DNA of 38,282 bases from Nemertoderma westbladi (GCA_032718475.1 JAUCBJ010009122.1:1-38282), one strand, 5' to 3'. Positions 13,301-25,540 are shown, counted from the stretch's first letter. Translations and numbers: made by a program. Notes: generated by a model not told the origin, from the letters alone.

Positions 13301-16300
13301 TTAGGGTAGTTATTCTTTGATTGTAATTCTTTATACATATTTGCAGAGCACTGGAATAACATTGTACTTGCTTTTGAGCGTCTGATAAGTGCCTTAATGT
13401 GATGGAACACAAAAAAATATATATTATATAATATAAATTATATAATATTAAAAATAAAATATTACTCTCATGTTATAAATATCACCCTTCAGTGGCCTCT
13501 TAGCTAAAAAAAGACATTGGGTTTACATATTTTCAATATCCATAAGCTCTTACGATTTCAAGCATTTTACCTCTATGGATGGAGTCGAATGCCTTCTTGA
13601 AGTCCACAAAAGTCATGACTGCGGGGAGATTCTTTGACTTAATTCCTATACTATAACATAGTTACTATAACAAACTGTAACAAATTTATACCTAATTAAA
13701 ATAACTCCAGTATTCAGCCCCAAAGAACTAATATCATTCATACATACATGTCTAAATTATTGGCCTGCATTTTGGGTAACCTACCAGTGACCTAAAATGC
13801 CTGTCTAACTTTAGGGGATAATTTAATTTAATTTAATTTGGTCTTAGCCGACAATATAAAAGAGAATTGCACAGTATATGTTATTCACGTATGGCAAATT
13901 AAGTAAAAACGATAATTAGGACAATTAACGTGGTTAAAAAGAGACAAAATTCAAAATATCACATATCGAATGTCTCATTAAAATCGTCATGGCGGTAGTT
14001 ATATACAGTTCATTAGATCAAGTCAAAGTATTGTCGGATGCAATTATGTTTATTGTCGAAAGATATTGCACTGTTGTCATAGCAATATTAAAATAAACAT
14101 AAATAACCAAAGTAAGATTATACAAACTATAACGTGTTGAAAATGGGCCATTACAAGGGTCATAAATTGTTCCATATTATACATGTAAATTTATAAAATA
14201 GCTGTAGGAGGGAACATTGTATGTATTGTTAACTTGTATTTACGGGAAGCAGAGATAGGAAAGAATGGCAAGATATTGATGGGTTGTTTTTGACCCCATT
14301 CTACCCCAATGTACCATAGACTTATAATATTTATATATAACAAAGCCACTGAAGCTTAATTAAAATTGTTGCTATTTATTTTGTAAAAGTTACTAACTTG
14401 TATGAACATCAGTTGGTGTTGGGGTCATTGTTGTGTCATCAACTATACCTAAAACACAACCCAAATGTGATTTATATGAATCTCATTATATATTTACAGT
14501 ACATTTAATACATTAATATTTGAACTATTCATACTGGAGTATAATGGCAGCAACATTCAGACACCATTCTAAAGTTGGAGCAGAAGAGATTTCAATTTCT
14601 AGAGAGTTGAATTGAGGCCAATTGATGGACAATTGGCCATCACTGATTCACAACAGATTGACCTACAGCAGGCTGAGTGCACAGAAGTATACCGTAACGA
14701 CCATCTGGCAAAGTTTGTCATGATCTGAAACTGGCAGAGTATAATTCCATCCACTTTGCTGTTGACTTTGACACCCTTTGAATTTCTCCTTTTATTTCAT
14801 AGATGATTTTACAGCTACCATTTACTCTGGAACAATAGTAAACTGTCTGTAGTATTGCTAAGCCTAATATTTTATACAACATCAAATTCTATAGCATTCC
14901 ATGATGCTATACTTTATCAATGAAATACAACAGTAGAATGCAGGAATGAGTCTTCCATTTTATTTATTCATCCTTAAGGTACAGACTGGCAAAACTACTT
15001 ATGACCCAGATGCCCACAGATTAAACATGTAGCGGACCAGGCTGGGCAGTTATCCTTAGTAGATAGAATGCATTTTAATGGAATGGTGCAGGAATTGGAG
15101 GATAGTTTTATTCATCTTCAACTCAGAGTTGGATTGTCGCCATAATAAGTTGCTTCTGGATTATTTATAGGTTGAAACGAGAGTCAGGAAGTTTGGCAAT
15201 AGTAAGAATAGATTCAATGCGTTCACTATTTGCTATGGCACAGCTTTGCATACAATCGTGCAAACCACATGCCGGAAGGATCTTTAGATATACTTAGTTA
15301 ATATCTTAGGGTAGTTATTCTTTGATTGTACTTCTTTATACATATTTGCAGAGCACTGGAATAACATTGTACTTGCTTTTGAGCGTCTGATTAGTGCCTT
15401 AATGTGATGGAACACAAAAAAATATATATTATATAATATTAAAAATAAAATATTACTCTCATGTTATAAATATGACCCTTCAGTGGCCTCTGAGCTAAAA
15501 AAAGACATTGGGTTTACATATTTTCAATATCCATAAGCTCTTACGATTTCAAGCATTTTACCTCTATGGATGGAGTCGAATGCCTTCTTGAAGTCCACAA
15601 AAGTCATGACTACGGGGAGATTCTTTGACTTAATTCCTATACTATAACATAGTTACTATAACAAACTGTAACAAATTTATACCTAATTAAAATAACTCCA
15701 GTATTCAGCCCCAAAGAACTAATATCATTCATACATACATGTCTAAATTATTGGCCTGCATTTTGGGTAACCTACCAGTGACCTAAAATGCCTGTCTAAC
15801 TTTAGGGGATAATTTAATTTAATTTAATTTGGTCTTAGCCGACAATATAAAAGAGAATTGCACAGTATATGTTATTCACGTATGGCAAATTAAGTAAAAA
15901 CGATAATTAGGACAATTAACCTGGTTAAAAAGAGACAAAATTCAAAATATCACATATCGAATGTCTCATTAAAATCGTCATAGCGGTAGTTATATACGGT
16001 TCATTAGATCAAGTCAAAGTATTGTCGGATGCAATTATGTTTATTGTCGAAAGATAATGCACTGTTGTCATAGCAATATTAAAATAAACATAAATAACCA
16101 AAGTAAGATTATACAAACTAAAACTTGTTTTCAAAATGGGCCATTATAAGGGTCATAAATTGTTCCATATTATACATGTAAATTTATAAAATAGCTGTAG
16201 AAGGGAACATTGTATGTATTGTTAACTTGTATTTACGGGAACCAGAGATAGAAAATAATGGCAAGATATTGATGAGTTGTTTTTGACCCCATTGCACCCC

Positions 16301-17761
16301 AATGTACCATATACTTATAATATTTATATATAACAAAGCCACTGAAGCTTAATTAAAATTGTTGCTATTTGTAAAAGTTACTAACTTGTATGAACATCAG
16401 TTGGTGTTGGGGTCATTGTTGTATCATCAACTATACCTAAAACACAACCCAAATGTGATTTATATGAATCTCATTATATATTTAAATTACATTTAATACA
16501 TTAATATTTGTACTTATTCATACTGGAGTATAAATAATGGCAGCAACATTCAGACACCATTCTAAAGTTGGAGCAGAAGAGATTTCAATTTCTAGAGAGT
16601 TGAATTGAGGCCAATTGATGGAAAATTGGCCATCACTGATTCACAACAGATTGACCTACAGCAGGCTGAGTGCACAGAAGTATACCGTAACGACCATCTG
16701 GCAAAGTTCGTCATGATCTGAAACTGGCAGAGTATAATTCCATCCACTTTGCTGTTGACTTTGACACCCTTTGAATTTCTCATTTTATTTCTTAAATGAT
16801 TTTACAGCTACCATTTACTCTGGAACAACAGTAAAATGTCTTTAGTATTGCTAAGCCTAATATTTTATACAACATCAAATTCTATAGCATTCAACGATGC
16901 TATACTTTATCAATGAAATACAACAGTAGAATGCAGGAATGAGTCTTCCATTTTATTTATTCGTCCTTAAGGTACAGACTGGCAAAACTACTTATGACCC
17001 AGATGCCCACAGATTAAATATGTAGCGGACCAGGCTGGGCAGTTATCCTTAGTAGATAGAATGCATTTTAATGGAAAGGTGCAGGAATTGGAGGATAGTT
17101 TTATTCATCTTCAACTCAGAGTTGGAGTGTCGCCATAATAAGTTGCTTCTGGATTATTTATAGGTTGAAACGAGAGTCAGGAAGTTTGGCAATAGTAAGA
17201 ATAGATTCAATGCGTTCACTATTTGCTATGGCACAGCTTTGCATACAATCGTGCAAACCACATGCCGGAAGGATCTTTAGAGATACTTAGTTAATATCTT
17301 AGGGTAGTTAGTCTTTGATTGTACTTCTTTATACATATTTGCAGAGCACTGGAATAACATCGTACTTGCTTTTGAGTGTCTGATAAGTGCCTTAATGTGA
17401 TGGAACACAAAAAAATATATATTATATAATATAAATTATATAATATTAAAAATAAAATATTACTCTCATGTTATAAATATGACCCTTCAGTGGCCTCTGA
17501 GCTAAAAAAGACATTGGGTTTACATATTTTCAATATCCATAAGCTCTTACGATTTCAAGCATTTTACCTCTATGGATGGAGTCGAATGCCTTCTTGAAGT
17601 CCACAAAAGTCATGACTACTGGGAGATTCTTTGACTTAATTCCTATACTATAACATAGTTACTATAACAAACTGTAACAAATTTATACCTAATTAAAATA
17701 ACTCCAGTAATCAGCCCCAAAGAACTAATATCATTCATACATACATGTCTAAATTATTGGC

Positions 17762-17861
17762 NNNNNNNNNNNNNNNNNNNNNNNNNNNNNNNNNNNNNNN
17801 NNNNNNNNNNNNNNNNNNNNNNNNNNNNNNNNNNNNNNNNNNNNNNNNNNNNNNNNNNNNN
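17762..17861. other. Assembly gap (100 N)
   Basis: Run of 100 N, likely a placeholder size. Confidence 1.
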
Positions 17862-17917
17862 GTGGTGGTACGTAACGTATAATTAATTAACGTAAATAAT
17901 TAACGTATAATTATACG

Positions 17918-19471
17918 GTGATGGGTGAGGGGAAGCGGCTCGGGTTGGAGATCAACCCTAAGAAGACCGAGCTTTTTATAGTTGGAGAGGTCTCCAATTC
18001 GATCCGTCTGGAGATCGCTGCGGAGTTCGAGACGGTGTGCCCAGGCATCCTTACCACCTCGCTCGAAGATCTAGAGATGCTCGGTGCACCCATCGGCGAC
18101 TCCGCTATGGTCTCCTGTCTCCGCGAGAAGATCAGCGACCTCTCCACCCTCGCCAAACGACTCCCTCTCCTGGATGCGCACCACGCGTTCTACCTTTTAA
18201 AGAACGCTTTTGCCATCCCTCGTCTGGTCTACTTCCTTCGGGCTGCCCCGTGTTTCACACACCAGGAGCTCCTTAAGGAGTATGATCGGACGCTCCGTGG
18301 AGCGCTCCAGGAGATCACCAACTGTGACATGGGGGGTAAATCGTGGGACCAGGCCTGTCTCCCAGTTCGGATGGGTGGCCTGGGGATCAGTTCAGCATGC
18401 GTGCTCGCTCCTTCCGCTTTCATTGCCTCAGCGGCTGCATGCTCCGATCTCTCAGGCCGCCTATTTAGAACGGACGGGAGCCACCCCGATTCTGCAATTG
18501 CCCTCGCTACCAACGCGCGGGACGCACAACTTCCAACTTTTACAGACACTCACGTTCCCACTGCCACCGCACCTACACCATCACTCACTTCTCCCACTGA
18601 CACCACATCCACAGTTACTTCCCACACTGGCACCACACCACCTGCCACTTCCTCCACTGACGCCATACAACGTGTCCTGATACAGCCGGTCCACGAGGCG
18701 TCCCTTGCTTCCATCCGCGAGGGGGCACTGCCACTCGATACTGCGCGCCTAAATTGTATCAAGAACGATGTGTCGGGTTGCTGGCTTGAGGCCATTCCGG
18801 TCAGCTCGCTGGGCCTGAAACTTACGGGCGCGCAGTTGCAAGTAGCAGCCGCAATACGCCTTGGTAGCCCGGTCACCGAGCCTCACAAATGCGCCCGCTG
18901 TGACGACCCAGTCGCACCCAACGGTCTCCATGGCCTCTCCTGTAAGAGGAGCGCTGGGCGACACGCACGCCACGCCATGGTCAATGACCTGGTTAAGCGT
19001 GCGTTGACCAGCTGCAGGATCCCAGCTATGCTGGAACCTCCAGGCCTCTGCAGGAGTGGCGGGAAGCGAGTCGACGGAGTAACCATGGTTCCATGGAAAC
19101 ATGGTAAATCCGTCACTTGGGATGCGACTGTGGTAGATCCCCTTTGTCCCAGCCACATACACCTTGCCCTGACTGCTGGGGGTCGCGTTGCGGAGGTGGC
19201 TGAGGAGAAGAAAACAGCCAAATACCGGGAGCTAGTCGACCGGGGCTACATCTTCTCCCCGGTTGCCTTTGAGACCTACGGCTGTCCGGGCTCTTCCACT
19301 CGCAGTTTCCTGAAGGAGATCGGCGACCGTATACGTAGTGTCACCAACGAGCCGCGGTCGCACCGATTCCTCCTACAGAGGCTCCTCATTGCCATTCAGA
19401 TCGGCAATGCCGCTTCGATCTTAGGATCGATTAGGTCCACGGACGAGGGTCTGTTGGACCTCGTCTCCTAG
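17918..19471 (+). CDS. C-terminal part of a non-LTR retrotransposon polyprotein: RT end/thumb, CCHC zinc knuckle, PD-(D/E)XK restriction-like endonuclease
   Basis: GLEINPKKTE (late RT motif), LGAPIG, QACLPVRMGGLGI, CARC..HGLSC knuckle, RHARH..VND, RVDG..WDATVVD..AEEKKTAKY..FSPVAFETYG. This order is typical of CRE-like RLE elements. No internal stops in 517 codons. The GTG start is probably a truncation point, not a true start. Confidence 0.88.
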   Translation: MMGEGKRLGLEINPKKTELFIVGEVSNSIRLEIAAEFETVCPGILTTSLEDLEMLGAPIGDSAMVSCLREKISDLSTLAKRLPLLDAHHAFYLLKNAFAIPRLVYFLRAAPCFTHQELLKEYDRTLRGALQEITNCDMGGKSWDQACLPVRMGGLGISSACVLAPSAFIASAAACSDLSGRLFRTDGSHPDSAIALATNARDAQLPTFTDTHVPTATAPTPSLTSPTDTTSTVTSHTGTTPPATSSTDAIQRVLIQPVHEASLASIREGALPLDTARLNCIKNDVSGCWLEAIPVSSLGLKLTGAQLQVAAAIRLGSPVTEPHKCARCDDPVAPNGLHGLSCKRSAGRHARHAMVNDLVKRALTSCRIPAMLEPPGLCRSGGKRVDGVTMVPWKHGKSVTWDATVVDPLCPSHIHLALTAGGRVAEVAEEKKTAKYRELVDRGYIFSPVAFETYGCPGSSTRSFLKEIGDRIRSVTNEPRSHRFLLQRLLIAIQIGNAASILGSIRSTDEGLLDLVS

Positions 19472-19705
19472 GCTCCTCCACTTGCGTTCCCCGCTCCCCC
19501 TATCCCATCTCCCCTCCCCCCTTATAACTCTTATTCCCCCGCCCCCTTTGTAATTTGTCTCTATTCTGAGATGCTTTTTATAATTTGTGCTTCATTATTG
19601 TAGTATTTCTATTTGTTTGTAATAATTAACTTTCTTAATTGTTTTAGTTTTAATTGGAACAAATTAATAGCAGAAATGCAAATAATAACTAAATATAAAA
19701 AAAAA
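17918..19705 (+). mobile_element. 5'-truncated RLE-type (CRE-like) non-LTR retrotransposon inserted in the tandem array
   Basis: GC-rich uninterrupted ORF, then a pyrimidine/T-rich 3' UTR (19472-19696) and an A9 tail (19697-19705) abutting array sequence ATTAACGTGGTTAAAAAG. Confidence 0.9.
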
Positions 19706-22700
19706 CATTAACGTGGTTAAAAAGAGACAAAATTCAAAATATCACATATCGAATGTCTCATTAAAATCGTCATAGCGGTAGTTATATACGGTTCATTAGA
19801 TCAAGTCAAAGTATTGTCGGATGCAATTATGTTTATTGTCGAAAGATAATGCACTGTTGTCATAGCAATATTAAAATAAACATAAATAACCAAAGTAAGA
19901 TTATACAAACTAAAACATGTTTTCAAAATGGGCCATTATAAGGGTCATAAATTGTTCCATATTATACATGTAAATTTATAAAATAGCTGTAGAAGGGAAC
20001 ATTGTATGTATTGTTAACTTGTATTTACGGGAACCAGAGATAAAAATAATGGCAAGATATTGATGAGTTGTTTTTGACCCCATTGCACCCCAATGTACCA
20101 TATACTTATAATATTTATATATAACAAAGCCACTGAAGCTTAATTAAAATTGTTGCTATTTGTAAAAGTTACTAACTTGTATGAACATCAGTTGGTGTTG
20201 GGGTCATTGTTGTATCATCAACTATACCTAAAACACAACCCAAATGTGATTTATATGAATCTCATTATATATTTAAATTACATTTAATACATTAATATTT
20301 GTACTTATTCATACTGGAGTATAATGGCAGCAACATTCAGACACCATTCTAAAGTTGGAGCAGAAGAGATTTCAATTTCTAGAGAGTTGAATTGAGGCCA
20401 ATTGATGGAAAATTGGCCATCACTGATTCACAACAGATTGACCTACAGCAGGCTGAGTGCACAGAAGTATACCGTAACGACCATCTGGCAAAGTTCGTCA
20501 TGATCTGAAACTGGCAGAGTATAATTCCATCCACTTTGCTGTTGACTTTGACACCCTTTGAATTTCTCATTTTATTTCATAGATGATTTTACAGCTACCA
20601 TTTACTCTGGAACAACAGTAAAATGTCTTTAGTATTGCTAAGCCTAATATTTTATACAACATCAAATTCTATAGCATTCCATGATGCTATACCTTATCAA
20701 TAAAATACAACAGTAGAATGCAGGAATGAGTCTTCCATTTTATTTATTCGTCCTTAAGGTACAGACTGGCAAAACTACTTATGACCCAGATGCCCACAGA
20801 TTAAATATGTAGCGGACCAGTCTGGGCAGTTATCCTTAGTAGATAGAATGCATTTTAATGGAATGGTGCAGGAATTGGAAGATAGTTTTATTCATCTTCA
20901 ACTCAGAGTTGGAGTGTCGCCATAATAAGTTGCTTCTGGATTATTTATAGGTTGAAACGAGAGTCAGGAAGTTTGGCAATAGTAAGAATAGATTCAATGC
21001 GTTCACTATTTGCTATGGCACAGCTTTGCATACAATCGTCAAACCACATGCTGGAAGGATCTTTAGATATACTTAGTTAATATCTTAGGGTAGTTATTCT
21101 TTGATTGTACTTCTTTATACATATTTGCAGAGCACTGGAATAACATTGTACTTGCTTTTGAGCGTCTGATAAGTGCCTTAATGTGATGGAACACAAAAAA
21201 ATATATATTATATAATATCAATTATATAATATTAAAAATAAAATATTACTCTCATGTTATAAATATGACCCTTCAGTGGCCTCTGAGCTAAAAAAATACA
21301 TTGGGTTTACATATTTTCAATATCCATAAGCTCTTACGATTTCAAGCATTTTACCTCTATGGATGGAGTCGAATGCCTTCTTGAAGTCCACAAAAGTCAT
21401 GACTACGGGGAGATTCTTTGACTTAATTCGTATACTATAACATAGTTACTATAACAAACTGTAACAAATTTATACCTAATTAAAATAACTCCAGTATTCA
21501 GCCCCAAAGAACTAATATCATTCATACATACATGTCTAAATTATTGGCCTGCATTTTGGGTAACCTACCAGTGACCTAAAATGCCTGTCTAACTTTAGGG
21601 GATAATTTAATTTAATTTAATTTGGTCTTAGCCGACAATATAAAAGAGAATTGCACAGTAAATGTTATTCACGTATGGCAAATTAAGTAAAAACGATAAT
21701 TAGGACAATTAACGTGGTTAAAAAGAGACAAAATTCAAAATATCACATATCGAATGTCTCATTAAAATCGTCATAGCGGTAGTTATTTACGGTTCACTAG
21801 ATCAAGTCAAAGTATTGTCGGATGCAATTATCTTTATTGTCAAAAGATAATGCACTGTTGTCATAGCAATATTAAAATAAACATAAATAACCAAAGTAAG
21901 ATTATACAAACTAAAACATGTTTTCAAAATGGGCCAATATAAGGGTCATAAATTGTTCCATATTATACATGTAAATTTATAAAATAGCTGTAGGAGGGAA
22001 CATTGTATGTATTGTTAACTTGTATTTACGGGAAGCAGAGATAGAAAAGAATGGCAAGATATTGATGGGTTGTTTTTGACCCCATTCTACCCCAATGTAC
22101 CATAGACTTATAATATTTATATATAACAAAGCCACTGAAGCTTAATTAAAATTGTTGCTATTTATTTTGTAAAAGTTACTAACTTGTATGAACATCAGTT
22201 GGTGTTGGGGTCATTGTTGTGTCATCAACTATACCTAAAACACAACCCAAATGTGATTTATATGAATCTCATTATATATTTACAGTATATTTAATACATT
22301 AATATTTGTACTTATTCATACTGGAGTATAATGGCAGCAACATTCAGACACCATTCTAAAGTTGGAGCAGAAGAGATTTCAATTTCTAGAGAGTTGAATT
22401 GAGGCCAATTGATGGACAATTGCCCCCCCCCCCCCCCCCCCCCTGATTCACAACAGATTGACCTACAGCAGGCTGAGTGCACAGAAGTATACCGTAACGA
22501 CCATCTGGCCAAGTTCGTCATGATCTGAAACTGGCAGAGTATAATTCCATCCACTTTGCTGTTGACTTTGACACCCTTTGAATTTCTCATTTTATTTCAT
22601 AGATGATTTTACAGCTACCATTTACTCTGGAACAACAGTAAACTGTCTGTAGTATTGCTAAGCCTAATATTTTATACAACATCAAATTCTATAGCATTCC

Positions 22701-23949
22701 ATAATGCCATACTTTATCAATGAAATACAACAGTAGAATGCAGGAATGAGTCTTCCATTTTATTTATTCATCATTAAGGTACAGACTGGCAAAACTACTT
22801 ATGACCCAGATGCCCACATATTAAACATGTAGCGGACCAGGGTGGGCAGTTATCCTTAGTAGATAGAATGCATTTTAATGGAATGATGCAGGAATTGGAG
22901 GATAGTTTTATTCATCTTCAACTCAGAGTTGGAGTGTCGCCATAATAAAGTTGCTTCTGGATTATTTACAGGTTGAAACGAGAGTCAGGAAGTTTGGCAA
23001 TAGTAAGAATAGATTCAATGCGTTCACTATTTGCTATGGCACAGATTTGCATACAATCGTGCAAACCACATGCTGGAAGGATCTTTAGATATACTTAGTT
23101 AATATCTTAGGGTAGTTATTCTTTGATTGTACTTCATACATATTTGCAGAGCACTGGAATAACATTGTACTTGCTTTTGAGCGTCTGATAAGTGCCTTCA
23201 TTTGATGGAACACAAAAAAATATATATTATATAATATAAATTATATAATATTAAAAATAAAAATAAAATATGACTCTCATGTTAAAATATGACCTTTCAG
23301 TGGCTGCTGAGCTAAAAAAAAGACATTGGGTTTACATATTTTTAATATCTGCTATTTGCAATACTACATATGCATACTTAATAGCTGGCACAAATGCTTA
23401 ATTTTGTGCTTCCCTTAAGCAGGCGAATGAAATGAATGCACTGTGAGAGGGGAGCAGTCAATTTTTGATCCAATATATTTCATATGGAAGATAAGTTGGT
23501 CTGAGACTGGGTCCCATATGATACATAGAAAATATTTACATATTTTCAATATCGGCTATGTATGTCCGTAGTCTATAGTAGTGACCAAGTTAGATAACCA
23601 CGAACTCTTTATAGCAGTAAAGATTAATCCATATATATGAATTAAATTAGTACTAACCTTGGCATTGGAATCCATCGCCAGTAAAGCCAGAATAACACAT
23701 ACAAGTATAGCTGCCATCAGAATTGATACAGTCTGCAACCATGCTACAATCATGAAGATTTAGAACGCATTCATTGATGTCTGGAAAAAAACACTACTTT
23801 TAATAATATCCAAATTCAGAAAATTGCCTTTTGATGAAGCATAGAAAATTATGATGATTGTCTGGCAATAAGGTGCAGTGCTGGCGGACCCTGGAACACA
23901 GCTCCCCAGATCATGTGGGGAGCCATTTACTTTCCTAGTTCAAGTTGAG

Positions 23950-24430
23950 CTATTCACAAGTCCTTCAGCAGTTGTTTGAGGAAAGTCATTGCCTGTCCAC
24001 CATATCTATTCTAACCAGCAGGCTGGCACAACACAGGGTTGTGGATAGGTTGATTCTTCCTGTTGAAACAGTGCCCAGCAATATTCAGGCAGCATCGCTT
24101 GAGGGTAATGCTGGTTAGAAGTGAAATGTCGTCATAGTTGTATTACAAGTCATTGTTATGTGTGTTTCATAGGCAGAATTGTGCACCCTGTGCATCATCT
24201 TGGTGTATGTACCATCTGAAGATCTGCTGTCTTTGGCATTTAGAAGAGCCCACACATGCTGCCATAGAGCAGCACATGCACCACTACTGCATGGAAAAGG
24301 CAAATCTTTTAAGAGCCTGATATATCACAGCTCTTCCAGATCCTGGATAGCCTATGAATGGCATACCAGGCATTCCCATTCTAAATTTGGAGATCTTCTC
24401 CAGACCTCAGAACCCATGATCCAAGGTAGC
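23950..24430 (-). pseudogene. Decayed RTE LINE 3' fragment
   Basis: Minus strand, with stops and frameshifts: YLGSWVLRSGEDLQI*..HRLSRIWKS..LFHAVVVHVLLYGS..DGTYTKMMHRVHN..IAGHCFNRKNQPIH..YGGQAMTFLKQL. Colinear with 29234-29645. Confidence 0.88.
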
Positions 24431-24529
24431 CATTCATATAATTTACCAGTCCCCCCTCGGCTAGTCCCTACTCATTGCGTTAAAACAATCGGAAAAACAA
24501 CAAAACTGATAATTTCCCCATATAGTTGA

Positions 24530-25540
24530 TCCACCGATCGGACATAAACTTGTAAAAAGATATACGCTCATGTCTGTCTGGCTGTCTGTCAAATGTGTCT
24601 GTCAATTTTCAAACTATGAAAAATATAGTACTTAAGTATATTGTATCTATTACTTTGCAGTGTAAGCACCCTCAATTGCTTACTTGAGATATTTTATAAC
24701 CTATGAGGTCTCTGAAATTTATACAAAGTTTATGTAAGTCTGTCTCTCTGTCTGCTTGTCTGTATGTCCGTCTGTCCGTTTGTCCGCCGTCTGTCTGTTT
24801 CTCTGGTATGCTACAATTATCCATGAAATATAAAATTCGTATCAGTAAAACAAGACAATGTCTGTCTGTCTGACTGACTGACTGTCTGCCAGTTTCTCTG
24901 TTATCAATGAAATATAAAATTCTTACAAGTAAATCAACACTATTCAAGGATAAATTGTATAAATTTCATAACATGCATATGACGCACAAATAAGCAAGGA
25001 TGTGTTAAACAACTATGGTAACATATCATTGCCAAAAGCCAGCATCACCCTGCAGAAACGCCGCCTGATGCATGCTGGGCACAGTTTCCACCGGCATGAT
25101 TTCGGTACACAAACTTGTGCTGTGGTATCCGGCTTGTGAGAATAGAAGTGGTTGACATCAAATTAATTTCTATCTGCCTGCCTGTCTGTGTGTCTGTCTT
25201 TCTTTCTGTTATTTGGTGTTTGCGTTAGTGCTGTGAAAAACTAGGAAGACTTGAAGGGCTGAAATTTTATGATAATTTCGCCGATTTCACCAATCGGACA
25301 TAACTTGTAAAAATATAGACAGACAATCATGTATGTCTGCCTGTCAGTCTGTATGTTTGTCGGTCTGTCTGTCCCTTTCAGTCAAGTACATTTATCTACT
25401 AAATTGCAGTATAAGAACACACAATTGTTTCAAACAGACATTTTATGACGTCTGTGTTGTCTGTAATTTATTGTATGGCTGTCTCTTTGTCAGTATGTCT
25501 GTCTGTCTGTTTGCTGGTCTGTCTGCTCATTATAAAAGGT
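24530..25540. repeat. Degenerate (CTGT/GTCT)n microsatellite-rich repeat region with a diverged duplicated module
   Basis: Many TCTGTCTG runs. The module ATCGGACATAA(A)CTTGTAAAAA..CATGT..TTGCAGT occurs at ~24537 and ~25293. Confidence 0.7.
25005..25170 (+). pseudogene. Short decayed RTE LINE fragment
   Basis: NYGNISLPKASITLQKRRLMHAGHSFHRHD / VHKLVLWYP, similar to PSLTLEQNRLRFAGHCFRREDQPVHILVLWQP at ~29507-29603. Confidence 0.75.

Larger units (their letters stand above)
1..23349. repeat. Tandem array of a ~2003-bp unit (macrosatellite / tandem segmental duplication), ~11 copies visible
   Basis: The marker GTATGGCAAATTAAG recurs at 1, 2005, 4008, 6013, 7036, 9041, 11888, 13889, 15880 and 21673, and a further copy resumes at ~19707 after the retroelement. 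Copies are near-identical with scattered SNPs and indels. Homology stops at 23349 (...TTTAATATC|TGCTAT). Confidence 0.98.

Noticed and set aside
17911-19221. Overlapping alternative-frame and antisense ORFs
   Set aside because: By-products of the GC-rich retrotransposon ORF.
23556-23753. Hydrophobic 65-aa ORF as a membrane or secreted peptide
   Set aside because: Short, with no recognisable family or splice support; cannot be distinguished from chance.
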